A stretch of DNA of 64,000 nt from Clostridia bacterium (GTDB taxonomy: Bacteria > Bacillota > Clostridia > Christensenellales > Aristaeellaceae): NCBI GenBank assembly GCA_017471885.1, contig JAFURI010000010.1, positions 10,419-74,418 on the forward strand, written 5' to 3'. Positions 1 through 8,733 of the stretch are shown piece after piece. Every line of letters starts with the position of its first letter. Within the stretch, counting starts at the first letter, position 1. The position numbers were made by a program, and so were the translations under genes. The notes beneath the pieces were generated by a model that was not told the DNA's origin, did no database searches, and saw only the letters and a list, made by a program, of their open reading frames with translations.

Positions 1-215
1 AGAAGATTGAAACCTGCTTCCGGCATTATGATCTGCTGCTGAACTGGAAGCCGCAGGAGATTGCCGTGAAGGAAATGCGCAAGCATATCGGCTGGTATGT
101 ATACGGCGCACGGGGGGCCGCGCAGCTGCGGGATCGGGTGAATCAGATCGACGATCCTGTGCAGGTGCGCAGCGTGCTGGAGGAGTTTGTGGAGATCTCC
201 GAACAGCGCGAATGA
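1..215 (+). CDS. dus: tRNA-dihydrouridine synthase, C-terminal fragment (gene begins upstream of the window)
   Basis: Frame 3 is open from the window edge to TGA at 213-215. The tail ...EIAVKEMRKHIGWYVYGARGAAQLRDRVNQI... resembles the helical C-terminal domain of DusB-type enzymes. Confidence 0.65.
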   Translation, partial: KIETCFRHYDLLLNWKPQEIAVKEMRKHIGWYVYGARGAAQLRDRVNQIDDPVQVRSVLEEFVEISEQRE

Positions 216-265
216 TTGCAGGGTTTCCCGCCGCTTATGCGTTGGATAGGCATGAAAGGAAGCGA

Positions 266-1666
266 ATGCCTGTGCGCAAGCTTATTTCGCTTCTGCTTGC
301 CGCGCTGATGCTTTTCGGCAGCGCGTCGGCAGAGGCGCTGTTCATCCCGGAAACGGAATGGCAATGGGACGCCGTTCCGCTGGAAATCACTTTGTCTGCC
401 GACGTACAGACGCATATGCCCTTTGATGAAAACCGTACGGCCCAGCTGAATAACCTGCTGAAGCACATATCCCTTCGGCTGTATATCCAGCAAAGCGGTG
501 ATGAAGCCTGGAGCAGCGTGGAGCTGCTGACTGACGGCGCGCAGGCCGCGGAGATTCGACTCAGGCAAACGGGGAATGAAACGGAAGCGCAGTTTTCTGT
601 CATGAGGGACAGCTCCTTCCGCTGGACAAAGGAGAGCGGCGTCAGCCTGCCGGAGCTTCTGGGTGGGGATAAGACGGCTTACACCGTACCGGAAATTGAT
701 CCTGATCTGCCGGCGGATGCGCTGGCGCTTTTCGAAAGCATGGTTCAGTCCATGCCGGAGTATCTGACGGACAAGGCCCATGAGGCCAATATCAGCGGAA
801 TGGGCAAAGCCGTGCGCAAGCAGACGCTGACCATCCCTTCTGCACAGGCTGACGGACTTGGGGTGCGGCTTGCCTCCCTTTGTCCGAAAGGACGGCTCAG
901 GAGCCTTCTGGAAAGCACCGTATACGCGGGAAAACAGACGCTGATGCTATGGCGCGGCGCAGACGGATCTGTCTATCGGGTGGAATGGACCGGGCAGGCC
1001 GGTGCGTCTGCGGATGATCTTCGCAAGGTATCCCTTGTCTGGCGGCTCAGGCATACGGACAGGGAACTGGTGGATGAAATCACGCTGAAAACGCCGAAGG
1101 TCAAGGGAAGCGGCAGGAATAATCTGCAGCTGGAGCGAAGGCTGATCCCTGGCGAATATCTGCTGCTGACGGTGAAAACGGGCGTGCTGTCCGGCGGAGA
1201 AAAGTCGTCGCAGACGCTTTCGGCAGATCTGAAGCGGCGGATGACTGACGGCGGCGCGCTGATTGAGGGCGAGGCGTCGATTGAGTATACCGTGCCTGAT
1301 TCCGACATGGAGCAGAAGCTTGTGCTGCGGCCGGAAATCATGCTGACGGGTTCGGCGGAGGCTCCGGCGCTGTCGGGAAAAACCGGCGTAACCGTTTACA
1401 GCGGGAAGAACCCTGTGGAACAGGCGGAGCTGGATATCAGCGTCAGGCCTTCGGGATGGCTTCTGTGGGAGCTTCGACCTGACGTGACGCAGGTCACGGA
1501 GGATAATTTGCCGGCCCTTGCGCAGACGATCACCGGTCATCTGACGGTGGACGTAGTCAGGCGCATGGTACTTCTGCCGCAGGAGGATACACTGTTTATC
1601 TCCGACGGACTGGATCCCGTCGTATGGAACCAAATTGTTGAAGCCGCCCGGAGCGCGCTGCAATAG
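266..1666 (+). CDS. secreted protein of unknown function (triad member 1)
   Basis: ATG 266 is preceded by an AGGAAG RBS. Signal peptide MPVRKLISLLLAALMLFGSASAEA. No catalytic motif recognised. The track ORF starts at 212, but that start overlaps the dus stop. Confidence 0.6.
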   Translation: MPVRKLISLLLAALMLFGSASAEALFIPETEWQWDAVPLEITLSADVQTHMPFDENRTAQLNNLLKHISLRLYIQQSGDEAWSSVELLTDGAQAAEIRLRQTGNETEAQFSVMRDSSFRWTKESGVSLPELLGGDKTAYTVPEIDPDLPADALALFESMVQSMPEYLTDKAHEANISGMGKAVRKQTLTIPSAQADGLGVRLASLCPKGRLRSLLESTVYAGKQTLMLWRGADGSVYRVEWTGQAGASADDLRKVSLVWRLRHTDRELVDEITLKTPKVKGSGRNNLQLERRLIPGEYLLLTVKTGVLSGGEKSSQTLSADLKRRMTDGGALIEGEASIEYTVPDSDMEQKLVLRPEIMLTGSAEAPALSGKTGVTVYSGKNPVEQAELDISVRPSGWLLWELRPDVTQVTEDNLPALAQTITGHLTVDVVRRMVLLPQEDTLFISDGLDPVVWNQIVEAARSALQ

Positions 1667-1677
1667 GAGGTATTTTC

Positions 1678-3186
1678 ATGATGAAGCGATTCCTGTGTCT
1701 GGTGCTTTGCCTGTCCATGGTGTTTGCATGCACCGCAGCTGTGGCTGAGGAAGATTACTCCCTCACCGAGAAGCTGCAGCGGCAGATTGACTTCGGCAAC
1801 GGCGTCAAGGGCGCTATGCAGATTGCCGCTGCTGGCGACAGCGCGGCTGCGCAGCTGCTGTCCTGCCTGAACGGCACGACCATTGAGATCCGTTCCATCA
1901 AGGAAAGCGGCGGCGATGCGTTCCAGCTGTATCTGTACACGCTGGACGGGGAGGAGCAGGTCGGCCTGACCCGTTTTTACGGCGATGACGAGAATCTGTA
2001 CATGAGCAGCGAGCTGCTGCCTGCACTGGTACTGACCTACCATACCGGCGGTGATCTGATGGATGCGCTGAGCCAGCGCGGCGAGGATGAGAATCCCAAC
2101 TGGCTGACGGCGGCCTGGCGGCTGATGTCCGTGCCGGAGACGGTGTGGGCGGAAAGCTGGGAACCTCTGCTTGAGGGCTACTATGCCGACGTTGAGGTCT
2201 GGCTGGCGGATTATGCCTCTGAGCCGCAGGTAAATCATACCGCCGGGGGCGAAACGGTCATGAGCGTCCGCTATGAGATTCCTGCGGATGCAGTGAAGGC
2301 GCAGGTCAAAAAGCTGTTGGGCAAGGCGCTGAACGACGAAGCGCTGATGACCCTCGTGCGGGCGCAGGCAACGGATGATCAGCAGTTCACCTATCTGACG
2401 CCCGGCCTTATGTATTACTATGAGGCAGCCATTGATGCTGCTGATCTTGAGGGCGAGATCGTACTGGAGCGGGATCTGTCCACCATGGGTAAGACCATCG
2501 GTACGGCCATTCAGTTGCCGCTGCCTGCCTCTTCCGGCTGGGAGACCCTAACCATGAATCAGGATGAGGATTTGACGACCCTGTCTCTGACCGGCAGCGC
2601 TATGAGCATTGCCCTTGAGATGGAAACGGCAAGCTCCTCCCAGACCAGCTCCAGCTACAGCGGCGTGATCCGCGTCATCCGTGAGGACGGCGAAGGAAAG
2701 AATCTGGCTGCTGCGTTTATCCTGAGCCGGGTGTTCAATCACAGCGTGGATGCGGATACCCGCGAGCATGACGTGACTACGTGGACGCTGAACGTGGCTA
2801 CGGATGCTTCCGTTTCCGAAGACGAGGATTACATGAGCTTTGAGCCTGTCAGCGCTACGCTCATGACGCACATCCATTCCAAGAGCGCCAAGCGCAATGC
2901 TACCACGCTGGAGGTTCAGGCGTCCCTGAATCAGGGCAAGGAGCAGTTTGTGCTTGCGGGCAGCGTCAAGACTGCCAGCCCGTGGGTGATGGATCAGCTG
3001 ACCACAGAAGGTGCAGAAGACGTAACTGCCATGACCGACAGCTATCTGCTGGAGATTCTGGGCTCCATGTGGAGCAACCTGATGGCCCAGCTGCCGGACG
3101 CTGCGGTGGAAGAGCTTCCTGACGCGGTTGATGAAGCGACTGCGACCGATATGTCCGTTGCGACTGTGACGGACGCAACGCCCTGA
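1678..3186 (+). CDS. secreted protein or possible lipoprotein of unknown function (triad member 2)
   Basis: GGAGG RBS lies 7 nt upstream. Signal peptide MMKRFLCLVLCLSMVFAC has a lipobox-like VFAC. Colinear similarity to the next ORF (NLYMSSELLPALVLT vs RVGMISNLFPGFVLT). Acidic Thr/Asp-rich tail. Confidence 0.65.
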   Translation: MMKRFLCLVLCLSMVFACTAAVAEEDYSLTEKLQRQIDFGNGVKGAMQIAAAGDSAAAQLLSCLNGTTIEIRSIKESGGDAFQLYLYTLDGEEQVGLTRFYGDDENLYMSSELLPALVLTYHTGGDLMDALSQRGEDENPNWLTAAWRLMSVPETVWAESWEPLLEGYYADVEVWLADYASEPQVNHTAGGETVMSVRYEIPADAVKAQVKKLLGKALNDEALMTLVRAQATDDQQFTYLTPGLMYYYEAAIDAADLEGEIVLERDLSTMGKTIGTAIQLPLPASSGWETLTMNQDEDLTTLSLTGSAMSIALEMETASSSQTSSSYSGVIRVIREDGEGKNLAAAFILSRVFNHSVDADTREHDVTTWTLNVATDASVSEDEDYMSFEPVSATLMTHIHSKSAKRNATTLEVQASLNQGKEQFVLAGSVKTASPWVMDQLTTEGAEDVTAMTDSYLLEILGSMWSNLMAQLPDAAVEELPDAVDEATATDMSVATVTDATP

Positions 3187-3206
3187 ATCCGGGGGAGGCT
3201 GTGCCA

Positions 3207-4562
3207 ATGAAGAGAATCCTCTGTGCGCTGCTGGCTGTGCTTCTGCTGCTGCCGTCAGTTGCCATGGCCGGTGATGCGCGGAAGACCACAATCACCTTTG
3301 AAGCTGACGAGACCCTTCTGGACCCGCTGATCCGGCAGCTTACCGGGCTTGAGACAGACCGGGCTGCAAAGGGAATTGCCCAGCTGCTGGAAAATACAGC
3401 TGTCACCTATGAATATGTGGACGGTGCAGAGCGTGCGGTCATCAGTATGAAAGGGGAGGAGCTGCTCTCCTTTGCCGTGGCTATGAATGGAAACCGGGTG
3501 GGAATGATCAGCAATCTGTTTCCCGGTTTTGTGCTGACAGACGATGCTGCCGACGCTGCGGATCCCGCCGAAGTGGCGGCGAAAGCTGCTGCTGTGGACT
3601 GGGAAGCCCTTGGCAATAAGATTTCTGTCGTGCTGTCGGATTATCTGCAGAGCGCAGATTATATGCTGGAAGAGGGCGTCTATGCAGGTGAAGCCTACGA
3701 AGGCGGCGCCAGGCGTTTTGTGCTGCGCCTGGACGACAGGGATCTGTCGCTGGTGCTGGATTGCATTCTGACAGCCGTGGTGCAGGAGCCCGCCGTGCAG
3801 GCCCTGACGGAGTGTTTCGGGGTGGATGCTGTCGACGCGGCTTCGCTTATCCGCCAGACGCTGCAGAAAGCCGCGCTGGAGAACCGGTATGAGTATCAGG
3901 TGTGCGTAGTGTTTGATCAACAGGGCGATTTGATTGGCCTGTCCGGCACCGCGATAGAGGATGGCAAGCAGATTGCCACACTGTCTGTGGGAATGCATGA
4001 CGAGTACACGGAGATCATCTGGGGCTACGGCTACGGCGGCGTAAACTTCTATTATCGGCTGGCGCTGATCAATGAAACCGGTGCGGATGGAAGCTGGAAT
4101 ATCAGCGCGCTGATTGACGTGGTGGTCGATACAAACGGAGTCGGCTACAGCCTTGCCGTCAATCTGGATGATACGACACTTGAAACCCATGTGTTCACTG
4201 TCAGCCTCAAGCGTGGTGACAGAGGTAACGCGTTTGAAGGCGGACTACAGTCCACCTTCCATACGGATGACGTTGAATGGACGCTGATCTTCAGCGGTCA
4301 GGAACTGGATGGCAGTCCCGAGGCAACCGCTGCGTTCTATATTGGCGATACGGATGACGCTGCTGTGCTGATGCATGTCGCCACAGCTGACGCCGAAATG
4401 CTTTCTGTGGAAACTGCGGGACTGACCGCGATTGACGCCCAGCGCATGACCGACGAGGATTCCGCGCTGCTGGAGAGCGCTGTGACGGACGCGGCAAGCG
4501 ATCTGCTGATCAGGCTGTTCCGGCTGCTGCCGGCGGATCTGATGGTATTTCTTGGGCAGTAA
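3207..4562 (+). CDS. secreted protein of unknown function (triad member 3)
   Basis: GGGGGAGG RBS lies 7 nt before ATG 3207. Signal peptide MKRILCALLAVLLLLPSVAMAG. Paralog-like to the previous ORF. Confidence 0.65.
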   Translation: MKRILCALLAVLLLLPSVAMAGDARKTTITFEADETLLDPLIRQLTGLETDRAAKGIAQLLENTAVTYEYVDGAERAVISMKGEELLSFAVAMNGNRVGMISNLFPGFVLTDDAADAADPAEVAAKAAAVDWEALGNKISVVLSDYLQSADYMLEEGVYAGEAYEGGARRFVLRLDDRDLSLVLDCILTAVVQEPAVQALTECFGVDAVDAASLIRQTLQKAALENRYEYQVCVVFDQQGDLIGLSGTAIEDGKQIATLSVGMHDEYTEIIWGYGYGGVNFYYRLALINETGADGSWNISALIDVVVDTNGVGYSLAVNLDDTTLETHVFTVSLKRGDRGNAFEGGLQSTFHTDDVEWTLIFSGQELDGSPEATAAFYIGDTDDAAVLMHVATADAEMLSVETAGLTAIDAQRMTDEDSALLESAVTDAASDLLIRLFRLLPADLMVFLGQ

Positions 4563-4592
4563 AGCATGTATCGCTGCTGATGCATCAAAAAA

Positions 4593-4620
4593 CCAGAGTG
4601 CATTTGCACTCTGGTTTTTT
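4593..4620. terminator. bidirectional rho-independent terminator between convergent genes
   Basis: Perfect 9-bp stem CCAGAGTGC / GCACTCTGG (4593-4601 / 4606-4614). It is flanked by an A-run upstream and TTTTTT downstream. Confidence 0.8.
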
Positions 4621-4638
4621 GCGTGTAAAAAATGACTT

Positions 4639-5325
4639 TCAGAAGCGTCCGATTTCCCAATTGGTGTTTCTGCTGAAAAAGCAAATCTCCGTTCGATCCT
4701 CCGAACAGTCGGATTCTATGGCACCGTAATAGACGTCACGATGGTTCCGCAGCTCGGATTCATCATGTCCGGGCCGCATATCGATATGCGCCAGACCTTT
4801 TTCATCGCGGGCTCCATGCCCTGCAAGCACCATCCAGTAATGAACAAGCGCATCGTAACGGATGCGGTCCTCCTGATTGACAAGATCGAATAGAAGGTCG
4901 AAACTGCAATTGTGCAGCAGGGACTCGCCGTCCACAATCAGATCAGGATTGCCACCGTGCCGCAGCAGCAGCGCCAGCGAATCTGCGGCGACATACCCGT
5001 TTGGAATGTGCATCAGCTCCTCAAGAATGTTGATTTCCGCTGTGTCTTCACGCCATATTCTGTTGGGATCAAGGCCATATGCAAGCAGAATCTCCAGAGA
5101 CTGCGGCATATGAGCAGAGCAAACGCCTTCTACGGTTTCGCCGGGAGACCTGTCGGCGGGAAGCTCTTCGTCGCGGCACTCATGTACATAGCGACAGGCC
5201 GCCTCGCTGATATCGTCGGCTGAATATTTCCCCGAGGCAAGGGTCGTCTGCAGCCTGTCAGGCGAAAACTCGGGCGTGCAGAGCAAAACAAACAGTTCGG
5301 AAACCTGGGAGGTCATGCGCATCAT
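4639..5325 (-). CDS. hypothetical cytoplasmic protein with ankyrin-repeat-like segments
   Basis: AAGGAG RBS lies 8 nt before ATG 5325. No signal peptide. Two segments (LEILLAYGLDPNRI, LALLLRHGGNPDLIV) resemble the ankyrin consensus. Lies 28 nt downstream of ispDF on the same strand. Confidence 0.5.
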   Translation of the reverse strand: MMRMTSQVSELFVLLCTPEFSPDRLQTTLASGKYSADDISEAACRYVHECRDEELPADRSPGETVEGVCSAHMPQSLEILLAYGLDPNRIWREDTAEINILEELMHIPNGYVAADSLALLLRHGGNPDLIVDGESLLHNCSFDLLFDLVNQEDRIRYDALVHYWMVLAGHGARDEKGLAHIDMRPGHDESELRNHRDVYYGAIESDCSEDRTEICFFSRNTNWEIGRF

Positions 5326-5353
5326 GGCGTAAACTCCTTTTTCGGGTGGAACT

Positions 5354-6514
5354 TCAGATCTCCTGCAGCAGGCAGACGGCCTGAGAGCTGATACCCTTCT
5401 CTTCGCCCTCGAAGGACAGTCGTTCGGTGGTGGTGGCCTTGACGTTCACCCTGTCCAAAGGCAGATCAAGCATGGAGGCGACGTTATCCCGCATCAGGGG
5501 GATGAAGGGCAGCAGCTTGGGCTTCTGGGCAATGATGGTCACGTCCACATTGGCGGCGCGGAGGCGATGCTCCCGGAGTAGGTTCACCACATGCTTCAGC
5601 AGCTTCATGGAGGAGATGCCCTTGTAGCGGGGATCGGTATCCGGGAAATGCTTGCCGATATCTCCCAGCGCGGCTGCGCCCAGCATAGCGTCCATCAGGG
5701 CATGCAGCGCAACGTCGGCGTCGCTGTGTCCAAGCAGACCCAGCGTATGGGGGACGGTCACGCCGCACAGGATCAGGTCGCGGCCCTCCACCAGACGGTG
5801 CACGTCGTAGCCCTGACCGATCCGCAGGCAGGGTAGGGCGGGGGAATCCCTCAGGAAAGCTTGGGCCATGGTCATATCCTCCGGCGTAGTCAGTTTCAGG
5901 TTATGTCGGCTTCCTTCGGTCAGCTGGACGGGGAAGCCCAGATATTCCGCCAGCGAAGCGTCGTCGGTACCCAGATAGCCGTCCTCGCAGGCCTTGAGAT
6001 GAGCGCGGCGGATCAGCTCCAGCGTGAAGCCCTGCGGGGTCTGTACGGCGCGGAGCGTGGCGCGGTCGGGAGTGCTGACCGCGCGAAGCTGCGAATCAGC
6101 CACCTTGATAGTATCCACCGCAGCAATGGACGCTACGCCGCTGCCGCAGGAAAGGACGGATTCCTTCACGCGGCGGATGGTGTCCGAATCCACGAGGCAG
6201 CGCGCGCCGTCATGGATCAGCACATGCTCTACGCCGTCGGGCAGGCTTTCCAGACCGTTCCACACAGATGCCTGACGAGTGTCGCCGCCGCAGGTCATAT
6301 GCCAGGGGAAGGGCAATTCTGCGGCTTCCAGAGCGACGCGTACGGCGGATTCATCCTCTGGGCGCACGACGACAACCATACCGTCGGTCAGACCGGCAAA
6401 AGCCCGTGCGGAGCGGGCGATCACAGGCTCGCCCTGAAGCGTAAGCAGAATCTTGTTGCGGTCTGCGCCCATCCGGGCGCCGCTGCCGCCGGCCAGCAGA
6501 ATTGTGTACCACAT
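5354..6514 (-). CDS. ispDF: bifunctional MEP cytidylyltransferase / MEcPP synthase (IspD-IspF fusion)
   Basis: Single uninterrupted frame. The N-terminal half has [11 protein letters not shown]...(IspD). The C-terminal half has GQGYDVHRL...[12 protein letters not shown]...[10 protein letters not shown]...(IspF). GGAGG RBS present. Confidence 0.9.
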   Translation of the reverse strand: MWYTILLAGGSGARMGADRNKILLTLQGEPVIARSARAFAGLTDGMVVVVRPEDESAVRVALEAAELPFPWHMTCGGDTRQASVWNGLESLPDGVEHVLIHDGARCLVDSDTIRRVKESVLSCGSGVASIAAVDTIKVADSQLRAVSTPDRATLRAVQTPQGFTLELIRRAHLKACEDGYLGTDDASLAEYLGFPVQLTEGSRHNLKLTTPEDMTMAQAFLRDSPALPCLRIGQGYDVHRLVEGRDLILCGVTVPHTLGLLGHSDADVALHALMDAMLGAAALGDIGKHFPDTDPRYKGISSMKLLKHVVNLLREHRLRAANVDVTIIAQKPKLLPFIPLMRDNVASMLDLPLDRVNVKATTTERLSFEGEEKGISSQAVCLLQEI

Positions 6515-6524
6515 GGTAGCCTCC

Positions 6525-6797
6525 TCAGCTGCGTTCGGCAGCCACGCCGTCGTCCTCGGAAAGAATGCGATACAGATCGGCGGCGCCTTCCTTGCGGACG
6601 GTCTCGGCTACGGCGAGAATCTCATACTTGCCATAGCGGTCGCCGAAACGGATGGTCATGATATCGCCTACCTTGACCTCTGCGCCGGGCTTTGCAACCT
6701 TGCCGTTGAGGCTGACGCGACCGCCGGAGCAGGCCTCGTTGGCGACGGTTCGGCGCTTGATGATCCGGGAAACCTTAAGATATTTGTCAAGACGCAT
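6525..6797 (-). CDS. yabO: S4-domain RNA-binding protein (YabO/Hsp15-like)
   Basis: [22 protein letters not shown]... S4 alpha-L motif. GGAGGA RBS before ATG 6797. The track ORF extension to 6842 lacks an RBS. Confidence 0.85.
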   Translation of the reverse strand: MRLDKYLKVSRIIKRRTVANEACSGGRVSLNGKVAKPGAEVKVGDIMTIRFGDRYGKYEILAVAETVRKEGAADLYRILSEDDGVAAERS

Positions 6798-6811
6798 ACT
6801 GATTCCTCCTA

Positions 6812-6840
6812 CAAAAAAACCCGCAGGAAACCCTGCGGGC
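6812..6840 (-). terminator. rho-independent terminator/attenuator after hup
   Basis: Stem CCCGCAGG / CCTGCGGG (6820-6827 / 6832-6839). It is followed on the minus strand by a 7-nt U-run (A-run 6813-6819 on the plus strand). Confidence 0.6.
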
Positions 6841-6858
6841 AAAAAACGATGGACGAAC

Positions 6859-7134
6859 TTACGCGTTCACGGCGTCCTTCAGGGCCTTGCCAGCCTTGAA
6901 CACAGGAGCCTTGGAAGCCTCGATCTCGATCTCCTCGCCGGTGCGGGGGTTACGGGCGGTACGGGCGGGACGATCCTTCACTTCGAAGGAGCCAAAGCCC
7001 ACAACCTGGACCTTTTCGCCGGCGGTCAGAGCCTCGGTCACAACCTCAACAAAGGCGTTCAGAGCCTTCTCGGCATCCTTCTTGGCGAAGCCGGTCTTGG
7101 CAACCAGAGCAGCAGTCAGTTCAGTCTTGTTCAT
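6859..7134 (-). CDS. hup: DNA-binding protein HU
   Basis: MNKTELTAALVAKTGFAKKDAEKALNAFVEVVTEAL...RTARNPRTGEEIEI... is a canonical HU/IHF-fold sequence of 91 aa. Confidence 0.95.
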   Translation of the reverse strand: MNKTELTAALVAKTGFAKKDAEKALNAFVEVVTEALTAGEKVQVVGFGSFEVKDRPARTARNPRTGEEIEIEASKAPVFKAGKALKDAVNA

Positions 7135-7250
7135 GGTAAAATTTCCTCCTTGTTCATTGCGCTGCGCGGTAAGCTTGCAGCAGAAATAATTTGGGTTTAA
7201 TCTTACATTCGCCGATGCGGTAATGGGCATCCTTGCAGCGAATGCTGATA

Positions 7251-8708
7251 TCAATTCGTTTCGCAGCAGTTCTGCGCCGATTTGACACGATTCCAGTATA
7301 CATCCATTTCGGCCAAAGTCAAGCCCTCAAGCGACTTTCCGTCTGAAATAATCATATTTTCCATGGCGGAAAAGCGTCGGATAAACTTCTCCGTAGCATA
7401 GGTGAGCATTTCTTCCGGGTCCTTTCCGCACAGGCGGGAGACGTTGACGCAGGAGAAGAGCAGATCGCCCAGCTCCAGCCCGGGATCACGCTTCGCTTCG
7501 ATTTCAGCCAGCACCTCGGCAGCCTCCTCGTTGACCTTGGGCAGCGCTTCCACGGCGTTATCCCAGTCGAAGCCTACCTGCGCAGCCTTCTTCTGCACCT
7601 TGGCGGCGCGCATCAGCGCAGGGAGTCCCTTCGATACGTCAGCCAGCACAGAGGCCTGGGAGGTCAGATGCTTCTCGGCCTTCTTCAGCTTTTCCCAGTT
7701 GACAGACACGTCCTCGGCGGTTTCACAGTGATCCGTACCGAAAATGTGCGCGTGGCGGTAGATCATTTTCCTGCAGATGGCGGTGGTCACGTCGCTGATG
7801 GTGAAGGTGCCGTGGCTGCGGCCTACGCTGGCGTGGAAGACTACCTGCAGCAGCACGTCGCCCAGTTCGTCGGCGATATGATCAGGATCATCCTCGTCAA
7901 TGGCTGCGGCGGTTTCGTACGCTTCCTCAATGAGGTACTTGCGCAGCGTCTGATGGGTTTGCTCCTTGTCCCAGGGGCAGCCGTGGTCGCCGCGAAGGAT
8001 TTCCAGAATCTCCACCAGGTCGGCAAAGCAGTAACGCTGGCGGGAGGCCATGGGGACGGCGGGAATGTACACGCTGACGGTGTGGTCATAAGTCTTCTGC
8101 CGGTCAAGCTCCATCAGCGGGATCTGCAGGGGAGTCTTGCCTGCGGGGAAGAAGGTGACGGGCATCTCGTCGTCATATAGATCGCCCAGCCACAGCTTAA
8201 CGTCTCCGGCAAGCACCTGGCTGTCAATCTCGGTGATCAGCAGCGGCAGACGGGGATCATGCGTCGCTTCTGCGCAGGACATGGCGGGAATCAGCCTTAT
8301 ACCGGCGGCGGACTGCGTGGCGGCGGGAGCTGCGTTCAGGCATGCATCGGCGCGGCTGACGCCGGGAAGGCGCACAAGGCGTCCATCCTGCGGACGCTGC
8401 TCCTCCAGCGCTGCGATGGATGCATCAGAGGTGGCGTCGATCACGCCGTAAACCACAGGCTGCGCCGCGGCCTCCTCCCAAAGCTTCCGGGCAATGGCCT
8501 GATTCAGCTCGTCAAAGTCCCAGAAGTGATCGTAGTATTTGTCAAAGCTGACGAAGGTAATTCCCTGATCCTTCAGCCAGTCCGCCACAGGATGACGTTC
8601 TGTGCGCAGGATAAGGCGGGAGGCGCTGCGCAGGGTATCTGCGGTCTGCAGCGTCAGTAGAGAAGGATCGCCGGGGCCCAGGGTAACGACGGTAATTATC
8701 TTGCTCAT
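7251..8708 (-). CDS. yabN: YabN-type fusion: tetrapyrrole-methylase-like domain + MazG nucleoside triphosphate pyrophosphohydrolase
   Basis: N-terminus ITVVTLGPGDPSLLTLQ (methylase fold). C-terminal MazG repeats (EEAYETAAAIDEDD..., EEAAEVLAEIE...). GAGGTG RBS before ATG 8708. Confidence 0.85.
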   Translation of the reverse strand: MSKIITVVTLGPGDPSLLTLQTADTLRSASRLILRTERHPVADWLKDQGITFVSFDKYYDHFWDFDELNQAIARKLWEEAAAQPVVYGVIDATSDASIAALEEQRPQDGRLVRLPGVSRADACLNAAPAATQSAAGIRLIPAMSCAEATHDPRLPLLITEIDSQVLAGDVKLWLGDLYDDEMPVTFFPAGKTPLQIPLMELDRQKTYDHTVSVYIPAVPMASRQRYCFADLVEILEILRGDHGCPWDKEQTHQTLRKYLIEEAYETAAAIDEDDPDHIADELGDVLLQVVFHASVGRSHGTFTISDVTTAICRKMIYRHAHIFGTDHCETAEDVSVNWEKLKKAEKHLTSQASVLADVSKGLPALMRAAKVQKKAAQVGFDWDNAVEALPKVNEEAAEVLAEIEAKRDPGLELGDLLFSCVNVSRLCGKDPEEMLTYATEKFIRRFSAMENMIISDGKSLEGLTLAEMDVYWNRVKSAQNCCETN

Positions 8709-8733
8709 AACAGTCACCTCTGTGCGGATGGAA

